NCBI GenBank assembly: GCA_046116545.1
Contig: CP175956.1
Span: 160,276 to 224,275 of the forward strand
DNA: 64,000 nucleotides
Origin: Candidatus Moraniibacteriota bacterium
Lineage (GTDB): Bacteria > Patescibacteriota > Minisyncoccia > Moranbacterales > GCA-2747515
Direction: 5' to 3'
Positions 39,501-48,326 of this stretch are shown here, one piece after another (the first letter of the stretch is position 1; each line of letters opens with the position of its first letter). Made by a program: the position numbers and the translations under genes. The notes beneath the pieces are model-generated. The model was not told the origin of the DNA. It made no database searches and was given only the letters and a program-made list of their open reading frames with translations.

Positions 39501-41087
39501 ATGTCAAAAACTCTATACAGAACCTACAGGCCTCAGAAATTTAGTGATGTACTTGGTCAGGATCATATAGTTACAACGCTACAAAATGCCATAACTCAAA
39601 ATCGCATAGGACATGCATATTTATTTACTGGTCCACGTGGCACAGGGAAAACCACTGTTGCTCGTATTTTTGCTACAGCAGTTAACACAATGGAACGGAG
39701 TGATTTTGAACCAGTTTCTTCAGAAGTTACTGAGAGACTGCAGAGCGGAAAATCGATGGACATTATTGAAATTGATGCTGCATCTAATACTGGTGTTGAT
39801 GATATACGTGCACTCAAAGAAACAGTTGGGATGTCTCCTACCGAATCAAAATATAAGGTATACATAATAGATGAAGTTCACATGCTTTCAACAAACGCTT
39901 TCAACGCTCTTCTGAAAACTCTTGAAGAACCTCCTGAGCATGTAATTTTCATATTAGCTACTACAGAAATTCACAAAGTACCTGAAACAATTCTATCCAG
40001 ATGTCAAAGATTTGATTTCTCAAGATTTAGCGTAGAAAATATAACAAAAAAATTAAGTTCAATAGCTAAAAGTGAAGATGTTAAAATAGATTCTGAAGCA
40101 CTTGAATTAATAGCCATATCAGCTCAAGGAGGTATGCGTGATGCAGAAAGCTTACTAGCTCAAATATTTGCATCAACTGATACTGATATAACAGCAGAAA
40201 CTGTATCCAAAGCACTTGGTACAACAACACCAGAAGATATTTTCAATCTACTACAATCATTTGTAACAGCTAATACTGAAGGAGCTATTGTAACAATAAA
40301 TGACGTTGTTTCTGGTGGTTATAATATGGATGCTTTTATAAAAAATGTAATCGAAAAATTACGTATTTTATTATTACTTACACTGAATAATGATGATACT
40401 GATTTACAAAAACTAATTACACTTCCAAAATCAGAGTTAGATGCATTGACCAAAATATCAAATTCAACTACTGCCAAAGCTGTTATCTATATGCTAGAAG
40501 AATGCGTAACAGCTCTACAAAAAACAAAAATGACTACAATAATACAATTGCCAATGGAAGTTGCCTCTGTGAATATTTGTAGCCAATCAAGTGCTGTACC
40601 TGAGAAAATCATAACATCACCCAAGCAACCAATAACAAAAAAAGAAAAACTATCCAAAATACATCCTGAATCAGAAAAAACTCAGGTAGAAAAGACACAA
40701 ACAATACACAAAGACTCAATGGAACAATCTAAGAAAGTACCTGTAACCGCAATTCCCCAACCATCCTTGTCTGAGGAAGACTCTAAATTATTCAATGAAT
40801 GCTTGATATTAATAGAAAAAGAAAATAAATCAATTTCAAACATGTTGCAACAATGTGATATTGAAGAATTAACAAATTCTTCGATTACTTTTACTACCAC
40901 ATTTTCTTTCTATGAAGAAAAACTAATGGATGGTGAAATACGGACAATGATTGAACAAATATTGACAGAAAATTTTAATAAGAAACTATCCATCAAAGTT
41001 ATTACAAAAAGTGAAAAAGAAAAAGCAAACTCTTCTGAATTATTAAATTATGCCTCTCAACTTATGGGTGGAACTGTTACTGAATAA
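39501..41087 (+). CDS. dnaX: DNA polymerase III subunit gamma/tau
   Basis: MSKTLYRTYRPQKFSDVLGQDHIV...FTGPRGTGKTT; start set at ATG 39501 (the track ORF begins at 39426). Confidence 0.9.
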   Translation: MSKTLYRTYRPQKFSDVLGQDHIVTTLQNAITQNRIGHAYLFTGPRGTGKTTVARIFATAVNTMERSDFEPVSSEVTERLQSGKSMDIIEIDAASNTGVDDIRALKETVGMSPTESKYKVYIIDEVHMLSTNAFNALLKTLEEPPEHVIFILATTEIHKVPETILSRCQRFDFSRFSVENITKKLSSIAKSEDVKIDSEALELIAISAQGGMRDAESLLAQIFASTDTDITAETVSKALGTTTPEDIFNLLQSFVTANTEGAIVTINDVVSGGYNMDAFIKNVIEKLRILLLLTLNNDDTDLQKLITLPKSELDALTKISNSTTAKAVIYMLEECVTALQKTKMTTIIQLPMEVASVNICSQSSAVPEKIITSPKQPITKKEKLSKIHPESEKTQVEKTQTIHKDSMEQSKKVPVTAIPQPSLSEEDSKLFNECLILIEKENKSISNMLQQCDIEELTNSSITFTTTFSFYEEKLMDGEIRTMIEQILTENFNKKLSIKVITKSEKEKANSSELLNYASQLMGGTVTE

Positions 41088-41179
41088 AAGATTGCATAAT
41101 AGTGGATGGACATGTCTGTCCACTATACTTGAAAAAAAATTAAAACTAGTATATTATAAGAATTACGTGCTACCAATGC

Positions 41180-41251
41180 TGCCCGGTAGCCAAGCGGTAA
41201 GGCAACGGGTTTTGATCCCGTTATGCGTAGGTTCGATCCCTACCCGGGCAA
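41180..41251 (+). tRNA. tRNA-Gln (anticodon UUG)
   Basis: U1-A72 acceptor TGCCCGG/CCGGGCA; anticodon stem ACGGG/CCCGT with loop TTTTGAT; T-arm GTAGGTTCGATCCCTAC. Confidence 0.88.
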
Positions 41252-41263
41252 CAAATTAAAAAT

Positions 41264-41292
41264 GACTTAGATATTTATCTAAGTCGTTTTTT
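41264..41292 (+). terminator. Rho-independent terminator after tRNA-Gln
   Basis: GACTTAGATA-TT-TATCTAAGTC-GTTTTTT. Confidence 0.8.
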
Positions 41293-41296
41293 GTTA

Positions 41297-41446
41297 TTAT
41301 TTTACAATTACTTTTCGTAGTAACATTCCGAATATTACTGATAAAAATGTAAATACTGGAATTGCAATAAATATAGTTTCTCTTAGTAATTTCACTTCAT
41401 TTTGAACTCTTGGAAAATTTACTATAAAAATAACCACATTACCCAT
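41297..41446 (-). CDS. Possible small membrane protein (49 aa)
   Basis: MGNVVIFIVNFPRVQNEVKLLRETIFIAIPVFTFLSVIFGMLLRKVIVK; no clear SD; speculative. Confidence 0.25.
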   Translation of the reverse strand: MGNVVIFIVNFPRVQNEVKLLRETIFIAIPVFTFLSVIFGMLLRKVIVK

Positions 41447-41592
41447 TTGCAAGCAGATTTGGCAATTCCATAATTCCCCCTCTTTTGTATTTTATTGTAA
41501 AAGCTTAACAAATGTATATTTATACATATCAAAAAATATTATAACTATTGCATAACATTGTTAATGGCTATACCATTATAACGTAAGAAATT

Positions 41593-42444
41593 ATGAAAAA
41601 AATTATGAAAAAATATTGTTATATTAATGGAAGAATTATAGAAGAAAAAAATGCTTGTATAAGTCCCCATGATCTAGGAGTACTGCGAGGCTATGGTGTA
41701 TTTGATTTTATGTGTACAGCTACTGAAAATAAACCCTTCCTGTTAACTGATCACTGGAATAGACTTGGTAGAAGTGCAAAATCATTAGGACTATTACTCC
41801 CTATTTCAAAAACTGAATATGAAAAAATAATAAATAAATTACTTACAAAAAACGGTTACAAAAATTCTGCAATTCGTACAGTTCTTACTGCTGGTGTCAG
41901 CAATAACGGTATCACGCTTCCCCAAAAACCAACTTTTTATATACTGATTCATAATATAACTAAAATGCTTCCTGAAAAAAAACTATATGAAAATGGTGCA
42001 AAAATAATAACACATGATTTTGCAAGAGATAATTATGCAAGTAAAACAACAAACTACATCGAAGCAATAAAAAATCAAAAAGAAAAAAATCGCCGTGGCG
42101 CAATAGAAATATTATATATAGATAAAAGTAATGTACTTGAATGTACAACTAGTAATATTTTTATTATCAAAAATAATAAACTGATGACACCATCTGAAGG
42201 TATTTTACCCGGAATAACTCGTAAATTAATATTAAAACTTGCTGAGAAAAATAAAATCAATGTTATCAAAGAGAAAATAACTAAAAAACAATTACTGAAT
42301 GCTGATGAAATCTTTTTAACAGGATCGGCTAAACACATTTTACCAATCACAAAAATAGACTCTCAAAAGATTGGTAATGGAAATGTCGGTAAATTAACGA
42401 AAGAAATTTCAACTCTATATTCTGATTATTTCAATAACTATTAA
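41593..42444 (+). CDS. Class IV (D-amino acid/branched-chain) aminotransferase family protein
   Basis: Fold-type IV PLP pattern: GVLRGYGVFDF...EIFLTGSA. Confidence 0.75.
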   Translation: MKKIMKKYCYINGRIIEEKNACISPHDLGVLRGYGVFDFMCTATENKPFLLTDHWNRLGRSAKSLGLLLPISKTEYEKIINKLLTKNGYKNSAIRTVLTAGVSNNGITLPQKPTFYILIHNITKMLPEKKLYENGAKIITHDFARDNYASKTTNYIEAIKNQKEKNRRGAIEILYIDKSNVLECTTSNIFIIKNNKLMTPSEGILPGITRKLILKLAEKNKINVIKEKITKKQLLNADEIFLTGSAKHILPITKIDSQKIGNGNVGKLTKEISTLYSDYFNNY

Positions 42445-42454
42445 ATACGCTAAT

Positions 42455-42952
42455 ATGAAAATAGGCATTATATCAGATATACATGATCAAATAGAAAATT
42501 TGAATTGGGCAATGAATGAATTAAAGGTTAAAGATATTTCACACATTTTTGCGTTAGGCGATTATTCATCGGCATATACAGTTGAAAGACTACAAGTAAA
42601 TAATATTCCTGTACATGCAGTATGGGGAAATTGTGATGGAGACAAGCAATCTATGCTACAAGCCTCAACTAATGAAAATAAAAATATATCTTTTGCAAAT
42701 GGTGAATTCGATACAGTTGAAATAGCAAATAAAAAATATTTTATAACTCACTTCCCAGATTTAGCTGAACATGCTGCCACAACATTAGAATATGATGCTG
42801 TATTTCATGGACATACTCATCACAAACGAAATGAAAAAATAGGCAATACACCCATAATAAATCCTGGAAAATTAGCAATATATCCGCATAATGAAATATC
42901 AATTGCAGTTTTTGACACAGAAGAACTTACCACTGAGTTTATTGTAAAATAA
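42455..42952 (+). CDS. Metallophosphoesterase (YfcE/MJ0936 family)
   Basis: IGIISDIHD...GD...GNCD...GHTHH. Confidence 0.8.
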   Translation: MKIGIISDIHDQIENLNWAMNELKVKDISHIFALGDYSSAYTVERLQVNNIPVHAVWGNCDGDKQSMLQASTNENKNISFANGEFDTVEIANKKYFITHFPDLAEHAATTLEYDAVFHGHTHHKRNEKIGNTPIINPGKLAIYPHNEISIAVFDTEELTTEFIVK

Positions 42953-42969
42953 TATCACAACAGAGTACT

Positions 42970-43875
42970 CTATTTACATATACTAAACCACTCCTTTGTA
43001 TCTATACTATTTTCTGAAATAACCTCAGAGAATATGTCTTTTAATTCTTTCACACTTTTTGTATCAAATAGTATTTCCTGACCATCCTCTAAAACTATTT
43101 TTTTGATAGGTGTTATTTCAGAAGCAGTTCCTGTAAAAAAAGCTCCTTTAAATTTCTTTATATCCTTTGGAAATATCTCTATTTCACTAATTTCATAATT
43201 CAAATCTATACCTAACTCAATAACAGACTGTCTTGTTATACCTGCTAAGATCTTTCCTTTACGTGGAGTTATAATTTTTTTACCATCAACAAAAAATATA
43301 TTAGCTACAGATCCTTCTGCTATTGCGCCGTTATGATCCAATAGCAATGGCTCATCAAAGTTATTTTTCTTTGCGTCAGCAGATGCCATAAATGAATTAA
43401 TATAATGACCAGAAATTTTTGCATCACAGACAGTGCTTTTTTCTGATATTCTGGCAAATGGGGATATTTTGACATTTACCTCATCAGCTAAATATTTTGG
43501 CCAAGGAAATGCAGTTATGAAAATATTTGTTTTATTCATACCAATCCTCATGCCGAGTGCAGAGTCGTCAAAATAAATAAGTGGTCGTATGTACGCCGAT
43601 TCTAAATTATTTTTTTGCATTAAAACTTTACAAATTTCATTAATTTCATCCTTAGTTTCACTAATTTCTAATCCCAATTTATCAGCAGAATAAAATAATC
43701 TATTAGTATGCTCCTGCAATCTAAATATACCTGTTCCTTTTTTTATTTTATAAGCTCTAATTCCTTCAAAAACACCTGTTCCATAATGAAGTCCATGCGT
43801 CATAGGTGAGATATTAGCATCTTCTAATTTTAAATATTCACCATTTAAATAAACTATTAATTTTTTATCAAACAT
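42970..43875 (-). CDS. ilvE: Branched-chain-amino-acid aminotransferase-like (class IV)
   Basis: LNGEYLKLEDANISPMTHGLHYGTGVFEGIRAY. Confidence 0.8.
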   Translation of the reverse strand: MFDKKLIVYLNGEYLKLEDANISPMTHGLHYGTGVFEGIRAYKIKKGTGIFRLQEHTNRLFYSADKLGLEISETKDEINEICKVLMQKNNLESAYIRPLIYFDDSALGMRIGMNKTNIFITAFPWPKYLADEVNVKISPFARISEKSTVCDAKISGHYINSFMASADAKKNNFDEPLLLDHNGAIAEGSVANIFFVDGKKIITPRKGKILAGITRQSVIELGIDLNYEISEIEIFPKDIKKFKGAFFTGTASEITPIKKIVLEDGQEILFDTKSVKELKDIFSEVISENSIDTKEWFSICK

Positions 43876-43880
43876 ATTTA

Positions 43881-44678
43881 TTATCTAACAATATTATAAC
43901 TACCTAAAATTGTAACATCTACAAAAGTATTTAGAAATTCAAAAGCGTCTTTCATGTTTTCATCTTCCATGCATCCATCCAAATCCAAATAAAAAATATA
44001 ATCATTCATTTTTTCGCCTGTCGGAATTGATTCTATCTTTGTAAGGTTTAGATTCTTTATTTTAAAAACAGAAAGTATTTCAAATAAAAGACCTGATCTA
44101 TCCGTAGTTGGTTTTATAATTACAGAAGTTTTTTCTCCACTTGTTTTTTTAACTTTTTTAGATATTTCTATAAATCTAGTTACATTTTTATCTTTATTAC
44201 TTATATTTTGCTCTATTACACTTAATTTGTAATAATTTGCCGCATCATTACTGCCTATTGCTGCAATAGATGCATCGGCTGATGCTATTTCCATTGCTTT
44301 TGATGTTGAAGATGCTTCAATGACACTAATCCCCTGCTTACGCATTTCATCAACATATTCATTACATTGCACAAGTGCTTGTGCATGTGACATTATAGTT
44401 GTAAATTCATCTCCTTGAGAAGCTAATACATGCTCTATAGAATAATCAAAAGCATTTACTATACTTACCTCATTTTGCTGCAATGCCAAAAATGTTTCTC
44501 GCACAGAACCATTTATCATATTTTCTATAGGCACTATCCCATGACTAGTGTCTGATAAATTATCAAATACTGCACTTATTGTATCAACTGGTTCAATATC
44601 TAATTTTTCATAATTTACCAGTGCTACATTATAAGAATAACTAAATTTTGGACCAAGTGTAATTATTTTATCTATCAT
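43881..44678 (-). CDS. pheA: Prephenate dehydratase
   Basis: PDT domain plus C-terminal ACT domain (ESIPTGEK...YIFYLDLDG). Confidence 0.8.
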   Translation of the reverse strand: MIDKIITLGPKFSYSYNVALVNYEKLDIEPVDTISAVFDNLSDTSHGIVPIENMINGSVRETFLALQQNEVSIVNAFDYSIEHVLASQGDEFTTIMSHAQALVQCNEYVDEMRKQGISVIEASSTSKAMEIASADASIAAIGSNDAANYYKLSVIEQNISNKDKNVTRFIEISKKVKKTSGEKTSVIIKPTTDRSGLLFEILSVFKIKNLNLTKIESIPTGEKMNDYIFYLDLDGCMEDENMKDAFEFLNTFVDVTILGSYNIVR

Positions 44679-45505
44679 GATAATGTTTTTATTAATTTAT
44701 CTGTAATTTCCATTGAGCGCGTTGCCATATTTCCAAAATATTTTTTACTCTTACTGAAAATTTTATTAAACTTATTTTCATCAGATATATCAACTGATTG
44801 AAATAGCTCATCTACTGACTCTTTATATTTTATTGCAACCTCTTTTGCAAATGGATTATACATTTGCATATCAGTATAAAGATCTGCATCCTGTGCCAAT
44901 ATTCTACCAACTCCATACAATCTCATCAAATATACAGGAGTAGCTATTGATTCACCCACCTCTAAATTATAATGTAATTTTTCAAGAGTTGATCCAAGTG
45001 ATAATGCTGAAAAATGAGTAAGACATTGAATCACTGCCATATTTTTATCATGTTCTTCTTTTGTCATCTCCAAAACATTCAACCCAAGTGATTTCAAAAA
45101 ATTAATATACCAATCAGTATAACTTCCACCTTGCTCATTACAAATAATAAAGTTTTGTTTTTTGAAATCTGTTGTTGGACCAAATAATGGATGTCCTCCT
45201 ATGATTTCAATATCATCCCTTACTTCCTGTATCATTGCATCCATTGGCTTTATTTTAACAGATGTAAAATCTGTAACCATACTTCCCTTTTTCACAACTG
45301 GCATTATACTTTTAATAACTGCTTCAGTATCTCTAATCGGTACAGTAACTATTATAACATCACCGATTCTAGCAACTTCTTCATTTGTTAATTTAGTATC
45401 AGCATCCGCAATCAAAACTTCAAAGCCTCGCTTATGAAACTCATGGGCAAATTTACTACCCATTTTCCCATTACCTCCTATAATTGATATAATTTTTGGT
45501 TTCAT
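44675..45505 (-). CDS. tyrA: Prephenate dehydrogenase
   Basis: KIISIIGGNGKMGSKFA Rossmann motif; the 4-nt ATGA overlap with pheA points to an operon. Confidence 0.8.
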   Translation of the reverse strand: MKPKIISIIGGNGKMGSKFAHEFHKRGFEVLIADADTKLTNEEVARIGDVIIVTVPIRDTEAVIKSIMPVVKKGSMVTDFTSVKIKPMDAMIQEVRDDIEIIGGHPLFGPTTDFKKQNFIICNEQGGSYTDWYINFLKSLGLNVLEMTKEEHDKNMAVIQCLTHFSALSLGSTLEKLHYNLEVGESIATPVYLMRLYGVGRILAQDADLYTDMQMYNPFAKEVAIKYKESVDELFQSVDISDENKFNKIFSKSKKYFGNMATRSMEITDKLIKTLS

Positions 45506-45537
45506 ATTTTTTACTTTTTTATCTAAAATTTTAAATT

Positions 45538-45576
45538 ATTTATCATACGAGCAACATTGTGCTCGTATGATAAATT
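45538..45576 (-). terminator. Strong rho-independent terminator after the small acidic protein gene
   Basis: 15-bp stem TTTATCATACGAGCA-ACATTG-TGCTCGTATGATAAA. Confidence 0.8.
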
Positions 45577-45586
45577 TATGTTTATA

Positions 45587-45739
45587 CTACCAATGACCAG
45601 TAATGCCGGATTTTTCCTTGAGCGTTTCTGGTTCGGGACCAAATCCAGCATCGTCTGACACATTTTCTTCACGATTTTCAACATCAACACTTAACTCAAT
45701 ACTTCTTTCATCTTTTTCTTCTACTTTACTGTCTGACAT
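45587..45739 (-). CDS. Small acidic protein (50 aa), unknown family
   Basis: Not in the ORF track (<60 aa). AGGAGA SD lies 6 nt before the ATG; MSDSKVEEKDERSIELSVDVENREENVSDDAGFGPEPETLKEKSGITGHW; flanked by the leader element and a terminator. Confidence 0.65.
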   Translation of the reverse strand: MSDSKVEEKDERSIELSVDVENREENVSDDAGFGPEPETLKEKSGITGHW

Positions 45740-45763
45740 TTTTAATCTCCTATTTTGTATAAT

Positions 45764-45860
45764 ATAAACAAAAAACCCATCTCACTATTGAGATCGGCTT
45801 ACTTTTGCTAACAATACTATCTTATCTACATCACATTACGAGCAAAAACAAACTGATCTC
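45764..45860 (-). promoter_or_regulatory. Conserved ~97-nt 5'-leader RNA element, copy 1 (terminator/antiterminator; candidate riboswitch or attenuator)
   Basis: About 97% identical to 46651..46747; contains the hairpin CCGATCTCA-ATAG-TGAGATGGG plus a U-tract 37 nt upstream of the start codon; the 5' GAGATC can pair with the terminator's 5' arm. Confidence 0.7.
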
Positions 45861-45954
45861 TTTTAATAAAGAAACCTATAAACCAAAAATACCAATATTG
45901 ATTTGTTGTTACTTGTTTTTGCATTTCACAAAAATAATATTTAACATATTTATA

Positions 45955-45982
45955 ATTATACATACCAAATTTATTTTGTCAA
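45955..45982 (-). promoter_or_regulatory. Sigma70-type promoter TTGACA-N16-TATAAT driving the leader and small acidic protein gene
   Basis: Minus strand: TTGACAAAATAAATTTGGTATGTATAAT. Confidence 0.7.
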
Positions 45983-46024
45983 AAAAATAAATCCCACCAA
46001 TCTATCAATGTAGATTGGTGGGAT
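45983..46024 (-). terminator. Rho-independent terminator after the 84-aa gene
   Basis: TCCCACCAATCTA-CATTGA-TAGATTGGTGGGA followed by TTTATTTTTTT. Confidence 0.85.
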
Positions 46025-46031
46025 AACTGTT

Positions 46032-46286
46032 TTATAACAACATTACTTTTTCATGAACTGTGCTACATCTTTGATTAACTATCAAAACACAAGAAGCAAA
46101 GGGACATTTTTTACCCTCAATTTTTTCTAAACAAAACGCACTACCAGCCAAGACAATATCACACTTCAATCCTGTCTGAATAGCCCTAGGTCTACTTACG
46201 GTACATTTTTTACCAGCCAAATTCTGACCTGCTAATCCTTCTGCTCTTAAAACTTGTTTTTCACCTACTGCTCCTGCTCCAGCCAT
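46032..46286 (-). CDS. Small Cys-containing protein (84 aa), unknown family, with two GKKC motifs
   Basis: GAGGAG SD; MAGAGAVGEKQVLRAEGLAGQNLAGKKCTVS...EGKKCPFASC; second gene downstream of leader copy 2. Confidence 0.65.
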   Translation of the reverse strand: MAGAGAVGEKQVLRAEGLAGQNLAGKKCTVSRPRAIQTGLKCDIVLAGSAFCLEKIEGKKCPFASCVLIVNQRCSTVHEKVMLL

Positions 46287-46312
46287 TTTAAGCTCCTCTT
46301 TTTTTAAAAAAC

Positions 46313-46621
46313 TTACATTTTAATTGGTGAATCATAATCTTCAAATGGAAATGCCTCAGTACACTCAACGCCTTTAATGATATTTACATTGCCATTAGCA
46401 TTAAAAGCAATGTAAACAGCGTCTCCAAAACATTTCTTAGCTCCAATACATCTATGTTGCAGAGCTTTTCGTGAACCTGTAATTCCAATTGCAGTAATAG
46501 TATCGCCATAATTAGTAACAGAATCAGTAACACATACAACTTGCGCTTCATCATCACTAAGTTGCTGTACGCTATTATTATCCATAATCTTATTTTTAAC
46601 AACATTAGGAATGCACATCAT
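46313..46621 (-). CDS. Small Cys-containing protein (103 aa from the second in-frame ATG), unknown family, with a GAKKC motif
   Basis: AAGGAGAAA SD directly before ATGATG (the track ORF starts 27 nt upstream at 46648); first gene downstream of leader copy 2. Confidence 0.65.
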   Translation of the reverse strand: MMCIPNVVKNKIMDNNSVQQLSDDEAQVVCVTDSVTNYGDTITAIGITGSRKALQHRCIGAKKCFGDAVYIAFNANGNVNIIKGVECTEAFPFEDYDSPIKM

Positions 46622-46650
46622 TTTCTCCTTTTTTTTAAGTAACTGCATTT

Positions 46651-46747
46651 ATAAAACAAAAACCCATCTCACTATTGAGACCGGCTTACTTTTGCTAACA
46701 ATATTATCTTATCTACATCACATTACGAGCAAAAACAAACTGATCTC
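46651..46747 (-). promoter_or_regulatory. Conserved ~97-nt 5'-leader RNA element, copy 2
   Basis: Same element as 45764..45860; hairpin CCGGTCTCA-ATAG-TGAGATGGG plus a U-tract 42 nt upstream of the ATG; a TGTATAAT box lies upstream at about 46775-46790. Confidence 0.7.
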
Positions 46748-46928
46748 TCTGACTAATCAGCAGGACCAACAACAAAATCATTTCCAGAATGTTTGTTATT
46801 TGTTTACTCACAAATTCAATATTATTGATTAACAATTTGATTATACAAAATCATAATATTTTGTCAAATCATTATATGTTGTAATGCACTGGAATTTTTT
46901 AAAATTACTTGATATAATATATCTACAT

Positions 46929-48230
46929 ATGAATAAAAAAAATACATACAAAAATATTTCAAACTTACTCGCAATTTTAACTATTTGTCTATCTTTTTTA
47001 GTATTACAAAATTCATTGCTAGTATTTGCAGCTGATGATGTAGATGAAGAAGAAAAAGAAGAAATACTTGATGATAAAGAAGATGAATTAGAAAAATTAG
47101 AAAAGAAAGAAAAAAAGTACCGTGATATCATAAATTTAAAACAAAAAGAACAAGATATCATAAATGCTCAAATTAGAAAATTAGAAAATGAAAATTCAAA
47201 AATAAAAGATACGATTGAAGATAATGAAAGTGATATAGAAGAACTATCTCAAGAAATCTCAAGAACGAAAAGTGAAATTGAGCAAAAAGAAAATCACATT
47301 TCTATTCAAAAAAAGATCCTTCGACAATTTATACGTGAGAAATATCAAAATTATTCAGAAGATTCTAAACATTTTGCACTATTGAATGTTGCTAATAAAT
47401 ATAATAATTCACATAGAGACAATATTTCATATGCAACTGAAAAAGTTGGTGAATTTGTAAAAACAATACACACTGAACAACAATCTTTGCAAAAAGATAG
47501 AGAAGAATTTGAAGAAAAATCTAAAAAAATTGAGGACGAAAAATATAAACTTGAACAACGTAGTGAGTATCTCAATAGTTCAAAAGACTACAAAAGAGTT
47601 CTTGCTAGTCAAGTAAATGTTGAAGAAGATAAATATCAGACAAAATTATCAAAAGTTTTAGAAAAACAACGGAATATACAACAAGAATTAGATGAGCTAC
47701 GTATTGGTAATATTTCAAAATTAGACCTAAGTTCATTACCTGATAGAAAGCATGGCTTATTTGCATATCCTGTGAAAAAAGTATTCATTACACAAAACTA
47801 CGGAAACACAGCTTTTGCTAATAGCTCAACTTTTTATAATTTTCATACAGGTGTAGATTTTGGGGTATCAGCTGGAACATCTGTTTACTCAGTTGCAAAA
47901 GGTAAAGTTGTTGATACTAATTTCACAGACTACGCTTATGGTGGATGGGTTGCAATTGAACATGAACTTGATGATAAAAAAATTATAACTTTCTATGGAC
48001 ACTTAAGTAAATTGTCAGTGAAAAAGGGTGAGAAAGTGAAAAAGGGTGAGAAAATAGGTAATTCAGGAGGTATTCCAGGAACACCTGGATCTGGAAATAC
48101 AACTGGAGCACATTTACATTTTGGCGCATATCAAGCAAAAGGTTTTTATATAAAATATTCAAAATACAGCAGCAATGTTAAATTACCACCTGATGGACTT
48201 GATATAAATCCATCATGGTACCTTCCATAG
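46929..48230 (+). CDS. EnvC-like coiled-coil M23 (LytM) metallopeptidase
   Basis: Signal peptide MNKKNTYKNISNLLAILTICLSFLVL; long coiled-coil; HTGVDFGVSAGTSVYSVAKGKV...GHLS...GNSG...TGAHLHFG. The track ORF starts at 46884. Confidence 0.8.
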   Translation: MNKKNTYKNISNLLAILTICLSFLVLQNSLLVFAADDVDEEEKEEILDDKEDELEKLEKKEKKYRDIINLKQKEQDIINAQIRKLENENSKIKDTIEDNESDIEELSQEISRTKSEIEQKENHISIQKKILRQFIREKYQNYSEDSKHFALLNVANKYNNSHRDNISYATEKVGEFVKTIHTEQQSLQKDREEFEEKSKKIEDEKYKLEQRSEYLNSSKDYKRVLASQVNVEEDKYQTKLSKVLEKQRNIQQELDELRIGNISKLDLSSLPDRKHGLFAYPVKKVFITQNYGNTAFANSSTFYNFHTGVDFGVSAGTSVYSVAKGKVVDTNFTDYAYGGWVAIEHELDDKKIITFYGHLSKLSVKKGEKVKKGEKIGNSGGIPGTPGSGNTTGAHLHFGAYQAKGFYIKYSKYSSNVKLPPDGLDINPSWYLP

Positions 48231-48326
48231 TGTCTACTACATTTCACCTAATTCCATAAAAAATGAAAACCACCAGCAATACTGGTGGTTTTTGAAGGTA
48301 ATGAAAAAATCTAGCTTTTCTACCTT

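Noticed and set aside
46841-47161. 106-aa minus-strand ORF (S/F-rich)
   Set aside because: It is antisense to the well-supported M23 peptidase gene, has low-complexity translation and no RBS.
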